Assembly: GCA_041662585.1 (NCBI GenBank)
Contig: JBAZSG010000002.1
Span: 81,525-145,524, forward strand
From: Patescibacteria group bacterium
Lineage (GTDB): Bacteria; Patescibacteriota; Patescibacteriia; UBA1558; GWA2-36-10
DNA: 64,000 bases
Direction: 5' to 3'
In this document: positions 19,332 through 28,104 of the stretch, piece after piece
How the letters are laid out: each line of letters starts with the position of its first letter
How positions within the stretch are numbered: position 1 is the first letter of the stretch
Position numbers and translations under genes: made by a program
Notes under the pieces: model-generated
The model's database searches: none
Told to the model about the DNA's origin: nothing
What the model saw: only the letters and a program-made list of their open reading frames with translations

Positions 19332-20054
19332 TTAAAATTCTCCTTTTAAAATATTTTTTCTTTTTGTCTCTGCTATTCTTTCAATAGCATAGCGCAAAGT
19401 TGTCCGTGGTAAATTTTTATAATTATCTTGCAAAAATTTTTCTACTCTTTTATTGTCTTTTTTCCAAGCTTCACGCAGCATCCAGCCCACTGCCTTGTGC
19501 ATCAAATCTTCTTTGTCATTTAAAAGAATTTTTGCCAGTTTAAAACAATCATCCAGTTTGGCCTCTCTTATAAACACCCAAATAGCTACAATAGACATTC
19601 TTCTTTCCCAAAGATTATTACTTTTAGCATATTGGTACAAAATTTGTTTGGATATTAAAGCGTCTAAAATGGCCTGCCCCAAAATATAGCCAACTGACAA
19701 ATCAACCAAGTCCCAATTATTTATATTTCTTCTATTTTTAAGATAAAAATTTAAAATAGCTTGGCGTAATTTTATATTTTTATTTTTAATAGCTAATTTA
19801 TTTTTTTCTACTAAAATTAAAATGGCTGCTAGCCTTATTTCATGAATCGGTGATTTTATTAGCTTGGCTATTTCTAAAAAATCTAAAGCTAAAAATTGTT
19901 TAGCCACTTTTCTAATATCAGGCACTGTAACACCTATAAACTTATCTCCTTCTCCATATTGGCCTTTATCTGTTTTAAAAAACCACTGATTACTTTTTTT
20001 ACGTTCTAACGAGGCGTATGATTTTAATTCTTTTATTAAGTCGTGAGCTTTCAT
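19332..20054 (-). CDS. DNA alkylation repair protein (AlkD/AlkC HEAT-like repeat family)
   Basis: 240 aa. N-terminus MKAHDLIKELKSYASLERKKSNQWFFKTDKGQYGEGDKFIGV is characteristic of the AlkD-like family. Confidence 0.65.
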   Translation of the reverse strand: MKAHDLIKELKSYASLERKKSNQWFFKTDKGQYGEGDKFIGVTVPDIRKVAKQFLALDFLEIAKLIKSPIHEIRLAAILILVEKNKLAIKNKNIKLRQAILNFYLKNRRNINNWDLVDLSVGYILGQAILDALISKQILYQYAKSNNLWERRMSIVAIWVFIREAKLDDCFKLAKILLNDKEDLMHKAVGWMLREAWKKDNKRVEKFLQDNYKNLPRTTLRYAIERIAETKRKNILKGEF

Positions 20055-20065
20055 AATCTAATTCT

Positions 20066-20095
20066 AACAAAACAAAAAAGCCTCCGCAAGGAGGC
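20066..20095 (-). terminator. intrinsic terminator after rpsT (GCCTCC-TTGC-GGAGGC followed by TTTTTTGTTTTG on the minus strand)
   Basis: GC-rich 6-bp stem plus T-run, read on the reverse complement. Confidence 0.65.
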
Positions 20096-20110
20096 AATTT
20101 CAAAATTTAT

Positions 20111-20401
20111 TTATTTTTTTTCTTCACTTTTTTCTTTGGAGCTTACAACAGTTTTTTTGACCATATCAGCAAAACGAGACTTTTTACGATTGCCCGTATT
20201 GGCTTTTAAAACCTTTGTTTTTACAGCTTTATCAACGGCTTTTTGTAATTCTTTGGCAATTGCATCAACAGCTTGGCCACTTGTAGCAGCTTTTTTACCT
20301 TTTTTTATAATTTCTTTGATATTTCTCTTAATCAAAGCATTACGCAAGGTGCGTTTTTTAGTTTGCTTTAAATCTTTAATTGCAGCTTTTTTATTTGGCA
20401 T
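20111..20401 (-). CDS. rpsT: 30S ribosomal protein S20
   Basis: 96 aa. MPNKKAAIKDLKQTKKRTLRN... typical bS20. Confidence 0.9.
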   Translation of the reverse strand: MPNKKAAIKDLKQTKKRTLRNALIKRNIKEIIKKGKKAATSGQAVDAIAKELQKAVDKAVKTKVLKANTGNRKKSRFADMVKKTVVSSKEKSEEKK

Positions 20402-20474
20402 AAATGCTTTTTTCCTTTATTATTTATAGTAAGACCTGAAAAGGTTAACATAATTAAGCTAATTAGTCAATACT

Positions 20475-20723
20475 ATGGATCAATATATCTCCCCAGAGGA
20501 ACAAAGACTGGTTATAGAAAAACTGTATTATTCTACAGATTCTATCACTAGTACCAATAAATTTAATAAGCTTTATCAAGATAAGTTGGGCAAAATGGGT
20601 GATCGCACCCTAAGAATGTATGATTTTGCTAGTAAAATGAAGGAAACCGACTTCAAGGTCTATGATATAGAGCGTTTTACCAAAGAAATCACTGGCCAAG
20701 ATATTGATTTAGACTCTTTATAA
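20475..20723 (+). CDS. hypothetical protein (82 aa, charged, no TM)
   Basis: Only + strand ORF between minus-strand genes. Its 3' end overlaps the TruB-fusion ORF by 35 nt. Coding status uncertain. Confidence 0.25.
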   Translation: MDQYISPEEQRLVIEKLYYSTDSITSTNKFNKLYQDKLGKMGDRTLRMYDFASKMKETDFKVYDIERFTKEITGQDIDLDSL

Positions 20724-21792
20724 TATCTTGCGGGGCTATTTTATTTTTGAGCAAACTAGCTTTATCTACCTTATCAAGTGGTAAAGCTTTTTTTATAACA
20801 AAATCTCCAATAGCTACGCGACGAAGATCTGCCAACATAGCACCCGTACCCATGGCCCTACCCAAATCATAAGCTAATGATCTTATATAGGTGCCAGCTG
20901 AAACCGATGTTTCTAAACTTAAATTTGGATATTTAAATTTATTTATTTTTAATTTATATATTTCAATTTCTTTACTAGGTGCTTTGACCTCTTTACCAGC
21001 TCTGGCTAGTTTATACAATTTTTTACCAGCCACTTTTTTGGCACTATAAATAGGCACAACTTGTATTTGTTTACCAAAAAACTTATCCAAAACTTTACCA
21101 AGCTCTACTTTGCCAAAACCTTGGGCGTTTTTATTTATACTTATATTACCCTCCATGTCATAAGTGTCTGATTCTTGACCAAAAATAACATCAGCTTGAT
21201 ATATTTTGGGTAAATCATGAAACCAATCTAATAATTTAGTAGCTTTACCACTAGCCAAAATCATCAGACCAGATGCCAAGGGATCCAGTGTCCCTGAAAA
21301 ACCAACTTGCTTAAGATTTAACACTTTCCTCAAAACTGAAACTACATGAAAAGAATTTACTCCTTTTGCTTTGTCTATCAAATAAATTCCCGCTGATTTA
21401 TCTTCCAAAATAGAGCGCAATTTAGAAGATTTATATAAATTGCTTTTGACAAATTTTATAATCTCTAAATGTAAATTATCAAAATTAGAAAAAGTATCTT
21501 GTAGATATTTTTGATCCTCCCCCATACACAAAATATCTGGCTGAAGAGTATTTATCAAATACTTGGCGTCGTGAATAGTGTTGCGCACAAAAACAGTAAA
21601 ACCCAAATTTTCTAAATTGCTTTTTCTAATCTTTTGATTATTATATGGGATATAATTTCGCAAAGATTGGATAGCTTGATCTGATTCTAAAACCACTGTT
21701 ACTTGACCAAGTTTTTTGGCCAAAGCCAAAATATGCATATGTCCTGGATGCAAAATATCAAATTTTCCAAAAACCAATACTTTTTTTATCAT
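20689..21792 (-). CDS. truB: fusion protein: N-terminal HxGH nucleotidyltransferase domain (RibL/TagD/FMN-adenylyltransferase-like) + tRNA pseudouridine(55) synthase TruB
   Basis: 367 aa. Residues 1-140 have FGKFDILHPGHMHIL (HxGH cytidylyl/adenylyltransferase motif). Residues about 150-367 have GFSGTLDPLASGLMILASGKATK and IYQADVIFGQESDTYD (TruB catalytic Asp region). Confidence 0.8.
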   Translation of the reverse strand: MIKKVLVFGKFDILHPGHMHILALAKKLGQVTVVLESDQAIQSLRNYIPYNNQKIRKSNLENLGFTVFVRNTIHDAKYLINTLQPDILCMGEDQKYLQDTFSNFDNLHLEIIKFVKSNLYKSSKLRSILEDKSAGIYLIDKAKGVNSFHVVSVLRKVLNLKQVGFSGTLDPLASGLMILASGKATKLLDWFHDLPKIYQADVIFGQESDTYDMEGNISINKNAQGFGKVELGKVLDKFFGKQIQVVPIYSAKKVAGKKLYKLARAGKEVKAPSKEIEIYKLKINKFKYPNLSLETSVSAGTYIRSLAYDLGRAMGTGAMLADLRRVAIGDFVIKKALPLDKVDKASLLKNKIAPQDIIKSLNQYLGQ

Positions 21793-21900
21793 ACTAAGAA
21801 CTATATTATACTATATAATCCAAATTGACAAAAAATGACTACTATGGCTACAATATAAGGGTATTTAATATATCTAAATAAATGAAAGGGGGTAGATAAT

Positions 21901-22149
21901 ATGGGCAAATATTGCTACTGTCCAACATCCTTCAATGTGCTAATGGGTCTTTTTACAATTTTTTTAGCTGTTTCAGCATTTTTAAATGCCTGGAATATTT
22001 ATATGCCATTGTGGTTGATAATACTTACTTTTGTCCTAGGAGTTCTACTAATTTTTTTAAACTCAGCCAATCCTATTCATGAAAAAATCAGTGGTGATGA
22101 TTTGAGTGTCGAAAAAGCCAACAAAATACACGCTAGTGAAGGATACTAA
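21901..22149 (+). CDS. small membrane protein, hypothetical
   Basis: 82 aa, 2 TM helices. Unusually strong SD GAAAGGGGGT 8 nt upstream of the ATG. Confidence 0.45.
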   Translation: MGKYCYCPTSFNVLMGLFTIFLAVSAFLNAWNIYMPLWLIILTFVLGVLLIFLNSANPIHEKISGDDLSVEKANKIHASEGY

Positions 22150-22160
22150 CCCCCTCCCAA

Positions 22161-22227
22161 CCTCCCCTTAACAGGGGAGGAAAATAAAAGTCCCCCTGTT
22201 AAGGGGGATTTAGGGGGTTATTTTTTT
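22161..22227. terminator. GC-rich double hairpin (CCTCCCC-TTAACA-GGGGAGG and TCCCCC-TGTTAA-GGGGGA) followed by a T-run; bidirectional terminator between the convergent 21901 gene and the PBP gene
   Basis: Read directly. The two hairpins are mutually complementary, so a cruciform or alternative pairing is possible. Confidence 0.5.
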
Positions 22228-22229
22228 AT

Positions 22230-25163
22230 TTATTCTATATTTACTATAATTCCTGGGGTAGTAATCAAATTATTTGATTGATCTTTAACTACCATATAAA
22301 GTTTATATACTCCTGTATCTAAATCTTTGTTCCAAGATACTGATAATTTATTTTGACTTGGTGCTTCTATATAAGTAAACCAATGTGATTCATTGTTTGG
22401 ATCAATATAATAAAAATCAATTTTCTGTACTTTGGAAGGCTGGTCTAAGTCCAGCTCCAGTTTAATTGGAAAATCCAAAAGATTGAGTGTCTCCCCACTA
22501 GCTGGGCTGAGCCACACCAAATTAAAATCTCTGCTGGCACTATCCAGATTTATATCAACATTGATACTAGTGGCCCTAAAATTATCTCGATCATCAAAAG
22601 CAATTGCCTTGAGCTCATGACGACCATTAACTATAAAAGGATTGATCTGATAATTAAAATCAAATGGATTAGAATAACTAGTACCGATTAATTTATCGTC
22701 CAAGAAATATTCTACTCTACTTACTCCTCGTGGAGCATTGGCACTGACGCTCATCTGCAAAACACTACTAGAAATAGCTTGGTTATTATTTGGAGTCTCC
22801 CAATTAATATTTGGTTTGTCTTCTGGAGTGTGAATATCGTCATATTCAGTAGGAGCTGTCTGATTAACATAACCTTGTTCCTGAGCATATTTCAAAACCG
22901 GAGCTTCCCAAAGATTGTATTGTGGCTCCTTGTTTGGTTCAGACAATGGTTCTCCTAGAGGATCATTTATATTTATATAATGAAGTATGGTATGCACTTC
23001 AAGGTATTTTTTTTCTTCAATAGTAGTATATGGTGTGTTTTCTGTTGCCAACTTACCAGACATTCTATCAATTTTGACTGGCTTGGCTCCAGACAATTCA
23101 CCACACACCATTGGCTTGTCACATTTTGGCAATTCCTCTTTTTTAAAACCAAGCACTGGCAAATTTTTGGTCACTTCTTTCATATAACCCTGCCAAATTG
23201 GAGCCGCCACTACTGATCCGTCGGCTCCAGGAGCCATTTCGGTATTATTATTATTACCCACCCAAACACCAGTGGCTATCTGTGGCGTAAAACCAACCGT
23301 CCAGGCATCGTGATAATTATTGGTAGTACCGGTTTTGGCAGCCACCGGACGATCTGGCAATGTTAAATAATTATTGGCTCCAAAAATATAAGACCGAGCA
23401 TCATTGTCTGATAAAATATCATTTAACAAACGAACCGGTTCTTTCTCTAAGACTCGGCGTCCTTTGTTACTATTATTTTCTTCAATTATTTTTCCCTTAC
23501 TATCTTTTATTTCCAATACAGCAATTGGCTCTTTATAAATTCCCTCGCGAGCAAATGTAGCATAAGCACTGACATGATCCAAGAGTTTTACTTCTCCTCC
23601 ACCAAGAACCAATGATAATCCATATCTATCTGGTTCATTTAAAGTGGTATAGCCAAAACGACTAGCTAAATCAGTAACTGTATAAATTCCGGCTAAATAA
23701 AGCGTTTTGACCGCTGGGACATTTAATGATCCAGCTAAAGCTTTGCGCATAGAAACTGGCCCACGCTGTCCACCATCATAATTTTTTGGTTTATAAGGAT
23801 CGCCAGAAGCAGCAAAATTTGTTTCCAAATCAAAGAGTATGGTATCTGGACGATAACCTTTATTAAAAGCTGCTAAATAGACTAGGGGTTTTAATGATGA
23901 TCCAGGCTGACGACTGGACAAAGCGACGTTAACCTGACCATCTATACTATCGTCAAAATAATCCTTAGAGCCAATCATAGATAAAATTTCTCCGGTTTCC
24001 ACATCCATAGAAACCAAAGCTGCGTTTTGGGCTTTATAGTTTTCTAAATTTTTAGGAGCTATTTCATTGATAATTTCTTGCGCTTTTTGTTGAGCATCCC
24101 AATCCAAAGAGGTCCTTATTTCCCAACCACTTTGTTCTACAATACTAGCTCCATATTTTTGTTCTAAAAGTTCTCGGATATACATCACAAAATGTGGTGC
24201 CTTTATTTGCTCAGCCCGTTTTTTAAAAACTAATTCTTGATTTTTAGCTGTCTCGGCTTCTTCTTTGGATATATAACCCTGTTCTACCATTAAATTTAAA
24301 ATAGTTTGTTGACGAGCTATTAATAAATCTTTGTTATTACCATATGGAGAATAGGTAGTAGGTGATTGTGGCAAGGCTGCTAGTATTGCTGCTTCAGCAA
24401 TACTTAAATCTGTAGCTGACTTATCAAAATAATACTGCGCCGCTGCTTGCACTCCATAGATAGCTCCACCATAAGGAATTTCATTAAAATAAAATTCTAA
24501 AATTTGCCTTTTGTCGTATTTCTTTTCTATCTGCCAAGATAATATCCACTCTTTTATCTTACGAGAAAATTTACGTTCGTTGGTAAGGATAGCATTTTTA
24601 ACAAATTGTTGTGTCAAAGTTGAGCCACCTTGAGATCTATCACCTTGTAAGCGAGGAACAATCTGTCCTCTGATAATACCCCAAACAGAAATACCGTTGT
24701 GATTATAAAAATTTTTATCTTCAATAGCAATGGTCGCATTTATAACATGGTCTGGTATATCATCGATTTTGACCAAGGTTCTACTTTCGGGACCATGTAT
24801 CTCATACAATAATACTTTTCCAGTCCGATCATATATTTTGGTGCTCAGGGCCACTGATCTGTCCATGATTTTACCAGCTTCTGGTAAATCACGAGAATAC
24901 CATGCAAATAGCCCTATCAGTACAATACCTCCTAGTAGAACCAATCCGAGTATAAATGGCCACAATCGCCTAATTAAGGCCTTAAACAGGCTCCTAGAGC
25001 CTCTTGGTTGTGGCATTTTTGATGTTTTTCTAGCAAAAAAACGAACCCTAAATTTCTTTCTAATAGGCCTATTTGTTTGGGTTATAGGATGCTGAGAAAA
25101 CTGATGAGTAACATCGGCAATTTTTCTTTTGCTAAAAGTTGACTTGAGTTGAGGAATTGGCAT
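22230..25163 (-). CDS. penicillin-binding protein 1A (class A bifunctional transglycosylase/transpeptidase) with C-terminal tandem beta-sandwich-like extension
   Basis: GT51 motifs (EDKNFYNHNGIS, RQPGSSLKP), transpeptidase SxxK/KTG (AKTGTTNNY), N-terminal TM anchor. The provided ORF extends to 25265, but that overlaps tyrS; the start chosen here is MPIPQ at 25163, and MPQPRGS at 25016 is also possible. Confidence 0.88.
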   Translation of the reverse strand: MPIPQLKSTFSKRKIADVTHQFSQHPITQTNRPIRKKFRVRFFARKTSKMPQPRGSRSLFKALIRRLWPFILGLVLLGGIVLIGLFAWYSRDLPEAGKIMDRSVALSTKIYDRTGKVLLYEIHGPESRTLVKIDDIPDHVINATIAIEDKNFYNHNGISVWGIIRGQIVPRLQGDRSQGGSTLTQQFVKNAILTNERKFSRKIKEWILSWQIEKKYDKRQILEFYFNEIPYGGAIYGVQAAAQYYFDKSATDLSIAEAAILAALPQSPTTYSPYGNNKDLLIARQQTILNLMVEQGYISKEEAETAKNQELVFKKRAEQIKAPHFVMYIRELLEQKYGASIVEQSGWEIRTSLDWDAQQKAQEIINEIAPKNLENYKAQNAALVSMDVETGEILSMIGSKDYFDDSIDGQVNVALSSRQPGSSLKPLVYLAAFNKGYRPDTILFDLETNFAASGDPYKPKNYDGGQRGPVSMRKALAGSLNVPAVKTLYLAGIYTVTDLASRFGYTTLNEPDRYGLSLVLGGGEVKLLDHVSAYATFAREGIYKEPIAVLEIKDSKGKIIEENNSNKGRRVLEKEPVRLLNDILSDNDARSYIFGANNYLTLPDRPVAAKTGTTNNYHDAWTVGFTPQIATGVWVGNNNNTEMAPGADGSVVAAPIWQGYMKEVTKNLPVLGFKKEELPKCDKPMVCGELSGAKPVKIDRMSGKLATENTPYTTIEEKKYLEVHTILHYININDPLGEPLSEPNKEPQYNLWEAPVLKYAQEQGYVNQTAPTEYDDIHTPEDKPNINWETPNNNQAISSSVLQMSVSANAPRGVSRVEYFLDDKLIGTSYSNPFDFNYQINPFIVNGRHELKAIAFDDRDNFRATSINVDINLDSASRDFNLVWLSPASGETLNLLDFPIKLELDLDQPSKVQKIDFYYIDPNNESHWFTYIEAPSQNKLSVSWNKDLDTGVYKLYMVVKDQSNNLITTPGIIVNIE

Positions 25164-25202
25164 AGTATTTAAATTATAGCTTATTTTTGCTATAATTTGA
25201 AT

Positions 25203-26438
25203 ATGATAAGTATAAAATATAATAAAAGTATGACTAAGAGTAATACAGATAAGCAAAAAATTCAAGAAATACTAGAAAGAGGTGTAGCCAATATCTATCC
25301 TAACAAAGCATTTTTAGAAAAAGAACTTGCATCAGGCAAAATACTATCCTTGTATTTGGGGATTGACCCTACTGGACCAACGCTTCATCTTGGTCATGCT
25401 ATTATCTTGGCCAAGCTAAAACAATTTCAAGAATTGGGCCATAAAATTATATTACTGATTGGTGATTTTACAGCTACCATTGGTGATCCGACTGACAAAA
25501 CTGCTACTCGTCAGCCCTTGACCAGAGAACAAGTTTTAAAAAATGCCAAAAACTATAAAAAACAAGCTGAAACATTTTTGAAATTTACTGGAACAAATAA
25601 AGCTGAATTAAAATACAATGGTCAGTGGCTAGCTAAAATGAATTTTGCTGATGTTTTAAAATTGTCATCAAAATTTACTGTCAGTCAACTTCTTGAAAGA
25701 GATATGTTTCAAGCGAGAATAAAAGATGGCAAAGCAATTGGCGTACATGAATTTATGTATCCTATTCTTCAAGCCTATGACAGTGTAGCCATGAATGTTG
25801 ATGGTGAACTAGGAGGCAATGACCAAACATTTAATATGCTAGCTGGGAGGACTCTGGTAAAATCTATGCAAAACAGAGAAAAATTTGTTTTGACTATGAA
25901 ATTATTGACTGATGTGTCTGGTACAAAAATGGGCAAAAGTGAAGGCAATATGCTATCACTTGATGATAGCCCCAAAGATATGTTTGGCAAAGTAATGTCT
26001 TGGACAGATGATATGATTGTAAATAGTTTTGAACTCTGTACTACAATACCTATAAATAATATAAATCAAATTGCCAAAGATTTAAAAGCTGGAAAAAATC
26101 CTAGAGACTATAAATTTGCTTTAGCTGAAAAAATTGTCACCATATATTATGGAGATACTACAGCTAAAAAAACTGGGGAAGAATTTATCAAAATGTTTAG
26201 CAAGGGGGGCTTACCAGATGATATGCCTATAGTAACTATAACGAAAAAGAAAATAAATCCTATTGACTTGCTAGTAGCTTTAAAATTTGTCTCTTCCAAC
26301 AATGAAGCTAGACGACTGATAGATGGTGGTGGTATGAAAATAAATAATAAAAAAATCCTATCTTGGAAAGAAGATATAATTATAAAATCTAGTGATATAA
26401 TCCAAGCTGGTAAAAGAAAATTTGTTAAGATAAAATAA
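25203..26438 (+). CDS. tyrS: tyrosine--tRNA ligase
   Basis: Class I HIGH (HLGHAI) and KMSKS-like (KMGKS) motifs, C-terminal S4 domain. The provided ORF starts at TTG 25197. ATG 25203 lies 7 nt after TTGCTATAAT (leaderless candidate). ATG 25230 (MTKSN) is an alternative start. Confidence 0.88.
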   Translation: MISIKYNKSMTKSNTDKQKIQEILERGVANIYPNKAFLEKELASGKILSLYLGIDPTGPTLHLGHAIILAKLKQFQELGHKIILLIGDFTATIGDPTDKTATRQPLTREQVLKNAKNYKKQAETFLKFTGTNKAELKYNGQWLAKMNFADVLKLSSKFTVSQLLERDMFQARIKDGKAIGVHEFMYPILQAYDSVAMNVDGELGGNDQTFNMLAGRTLVKSMQNREKFVLTMKLLTDVSGTKMGKSEGNMLSLDDSPKDMFGKVMSWTDDMIVNSFELCTTIPINNINQIAKDLKAGKNPRDYKFALAEKIVTIYYGDTTAKKTGEEFIKMFSKGGLPDDMPIVTITKKKINPIDLLVALKFVSSNNEARRLIDGGGMKINNKKILSWKEDIIIKSSDIIQAGKRKFVKIK

Positions 26439-26448
26439 ATAAAAAAAT

Positions 26449-27072
26449 ATGGATATAAAAAATAGCCCCTCAAAACATTTAGCAGTTGGTATTTTTTCAC
26501 TAGTCATAGTATTTATTCTACACTTCATGCTCAATATAGAATGGACAGTGGCTTTTGCTAGAACAGCCTTTGTACTTCTGTTTCTCACTCTACTTATTGG
26601 TCCTATGGTAAGAATTAAAGTACCTAGTAAAGAAGTGACCCCTAAGATAAAGCCTTGGAGTTGGCGTGGTGAATTGGGGATTTGGTTTGCTATTATGGCT
26701 ATAGCTCACTTCATAATCCTACTTATTGAAAGCCCACTTACACAACTCATAAAACTCGGCGGTTCTGGTTATAGTCTAACCAACTTCATTGGCTTAATAG
26801 CTCTAGTTATATCAATAGTATTAGCCTTTGCTTCTTTTGAAAAGGTAATTAAATTTTTAGGTGTCGCGTCATGGAGAGTATTGCATAGCATGACTTATGT
26901 AGTCTTTTATCTAGTAGCAGCTCATATGATCTATTTTCAATTTTTCTCAAGTTATGGAGAGGTGGGTCCTGATTGGTTTGGCTGGCTAGCCGTAGCTATG
27001 GCTATTTTGATTATAACCTTACAAATAATAGCTTTTATCAAAACCATCCTGTGGCAAAATAAAATTCAATAA
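26449..27072 (+). CDS. membrane protein, ferric-reductase-like/MsrQ (YedZ)-like transmembrane domain (tentative)
   Basis: 207 aa, about 6 TM helices with conserved His residues in the TMs (AHFIILL, LHSMTYVVFYLVAAHMIYF). Confidence 0.3.
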   Translation: MDIKNSPSKHLAVGIFSLVIVFILHFMLNIEWTVAFARTAFVLLFLTLLIGPMVRIKVPSKEVTPKIKPWSWRGELGIWFAIMAIAHFIILLIESPLTQLIKLGGSGYSLTNFIGLIALVISIVLAFASFEKVIKFLGVASWRVLHSMTYVVFYLVAAHMIYFQFFSSYGEVGPDWFGWLAVAMAILIITLQIIAFIKTILWQNKIQ

Positions 27073-27100
27073 TACAGCTCAAATAAAAATATTATAAAAT

Positions 27101-27128
27101 AGCCCCACCAAAGGTGGGGCTATTTTGA
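27101..27128. terminator. bidirectional intrinsic terminator (AGCCCCACC-AAA-GGTGGGGCT + T-rich on both strands)
   Basis: Perfect 9-bp GC-rich stem between the convergent 26449 gene and the GalT-like gene. Confidence 0.65.
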
Positions 27129-27155
27129 TTAGCTAAAAAATGAGTTAAACAAATA

Positions 27156-28100
27156 CTACTTTGGTAAATCTTGTCTATAAAACTCAGCGGCATCATCTGG
27201 ATCAATCGGATTGATAATCAAGCCCGAGCCAATCTCTACTCCGGCCCACACAGAACCACGAGGCACTACTTTCATATAAAGATGCTGATCATTATCATTT
27301 ATCACCTGATGAAAATAAAAATTATAAGGTAAATCCAATTGTCCAATTTTGCCTAAGATATGTTTCAATATTTTAGCAAAAGAATATCGTTCTGAAGCAG
27401 ACAGCTCAGTGATATTATCACGGTGTTTTAAAGGCATTATCCAGACCTCATAATTAAACATGGAAGCATAAGGAGTAAAAGCAATAACATTTTTGTCTTT
27501 ATATACCAAACGTTTTCCTTTACTCTCTTTACCTATAACGTCACAATAAACACAATGCCCATGTTTTAATTTGTAAGCCTGTTGTCTTTGAGATTTATCA
27601 ACCAGATGTGGTGGTAAAAAATTGGTAGCAAAAATCTGAGAATGAGAGTGTTGTAAACTGGCCCCAGCTGTACCACCATCATTTTTAAATATCAAAATAT
27701 AATCAATCTTATCATCTCTAGATATTTCTTTGGTCCTGATAGCATAAGCTTCCAATAAATCAGCAATATGCTCGGTTGGTAAATCTTCTAATTCTAGTGT
27801 GTGGTCGCCGGTTTCAATTACTACCTCTTGTCTGCCATAGGCTTTTTCATTGTCTAGTGACACGGCTGGATATTTGTTGGCAATTATATTAATGGACCAA
27901 TCTAAACCACTGCCTTTTTTATACAAACTATGTACATCTTTTAAATTACTGGGACAAAATATGCAGGAGCTAACCATCTGTTTATGATGTTCTTTGACTT
28001 TGATTACATCATGAGGTCTTTTACCACGCTTGGGCGCAATAATAACATACTTTTCTTGGATATAATCCTTTCTGAGCTCTGGTTGTTTCATATTAGACAT
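27156..28100 (-). CDS. GalT-family (HIT-like, HxHxQ) hexose-1-phosphate nucleotidyltransferase
   Basis: 314 aa. Zn-ribbon-like CIFCPSN...H and active-site LQHSHSQIF, analogous to the HPHGQ of galactose-1-phosphate uridylyltransferase. Confidence 0.6.
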   Translation of the reverse strand: MSNMKQPELRKDYIQEKYVIIAPKRGKRPHDVIKVKEHHKQMVSSCIFCPSNLKDVHSLYKKGSGLDWSINIIANKYPAVSLDNEKAYGRQEVVIETGDHTLELEDLPTEHIADLLEAYAIRTKEISRDDKIDYILIFKNDGGTAGASLQHSHSQIFATNFLPPHLVDKSQRQQAYKLKHGHCVYCDVIGKESKGKRLVYKDKNVIAFTPYASMFNYEVWIMPLKHRDNITELSASERYSFAKILKHILGKIGQLDLPYNFYFHQVINDNDQHLYMKVVPRGSVWAGVEIGSGLIINPIDPDDAAEFYRQDLPK

Positions 28101-28104
28101 AAAG

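Noticed and set aside
20475-20723. 82-aa + strand ORF as a possible toxin, antitoxin or regulator
   Set aside because: No recognisable motif, no partner gene, and it overlaps the TruB-fusion gene. Retained only as a low-confidence hypothetical CDS.
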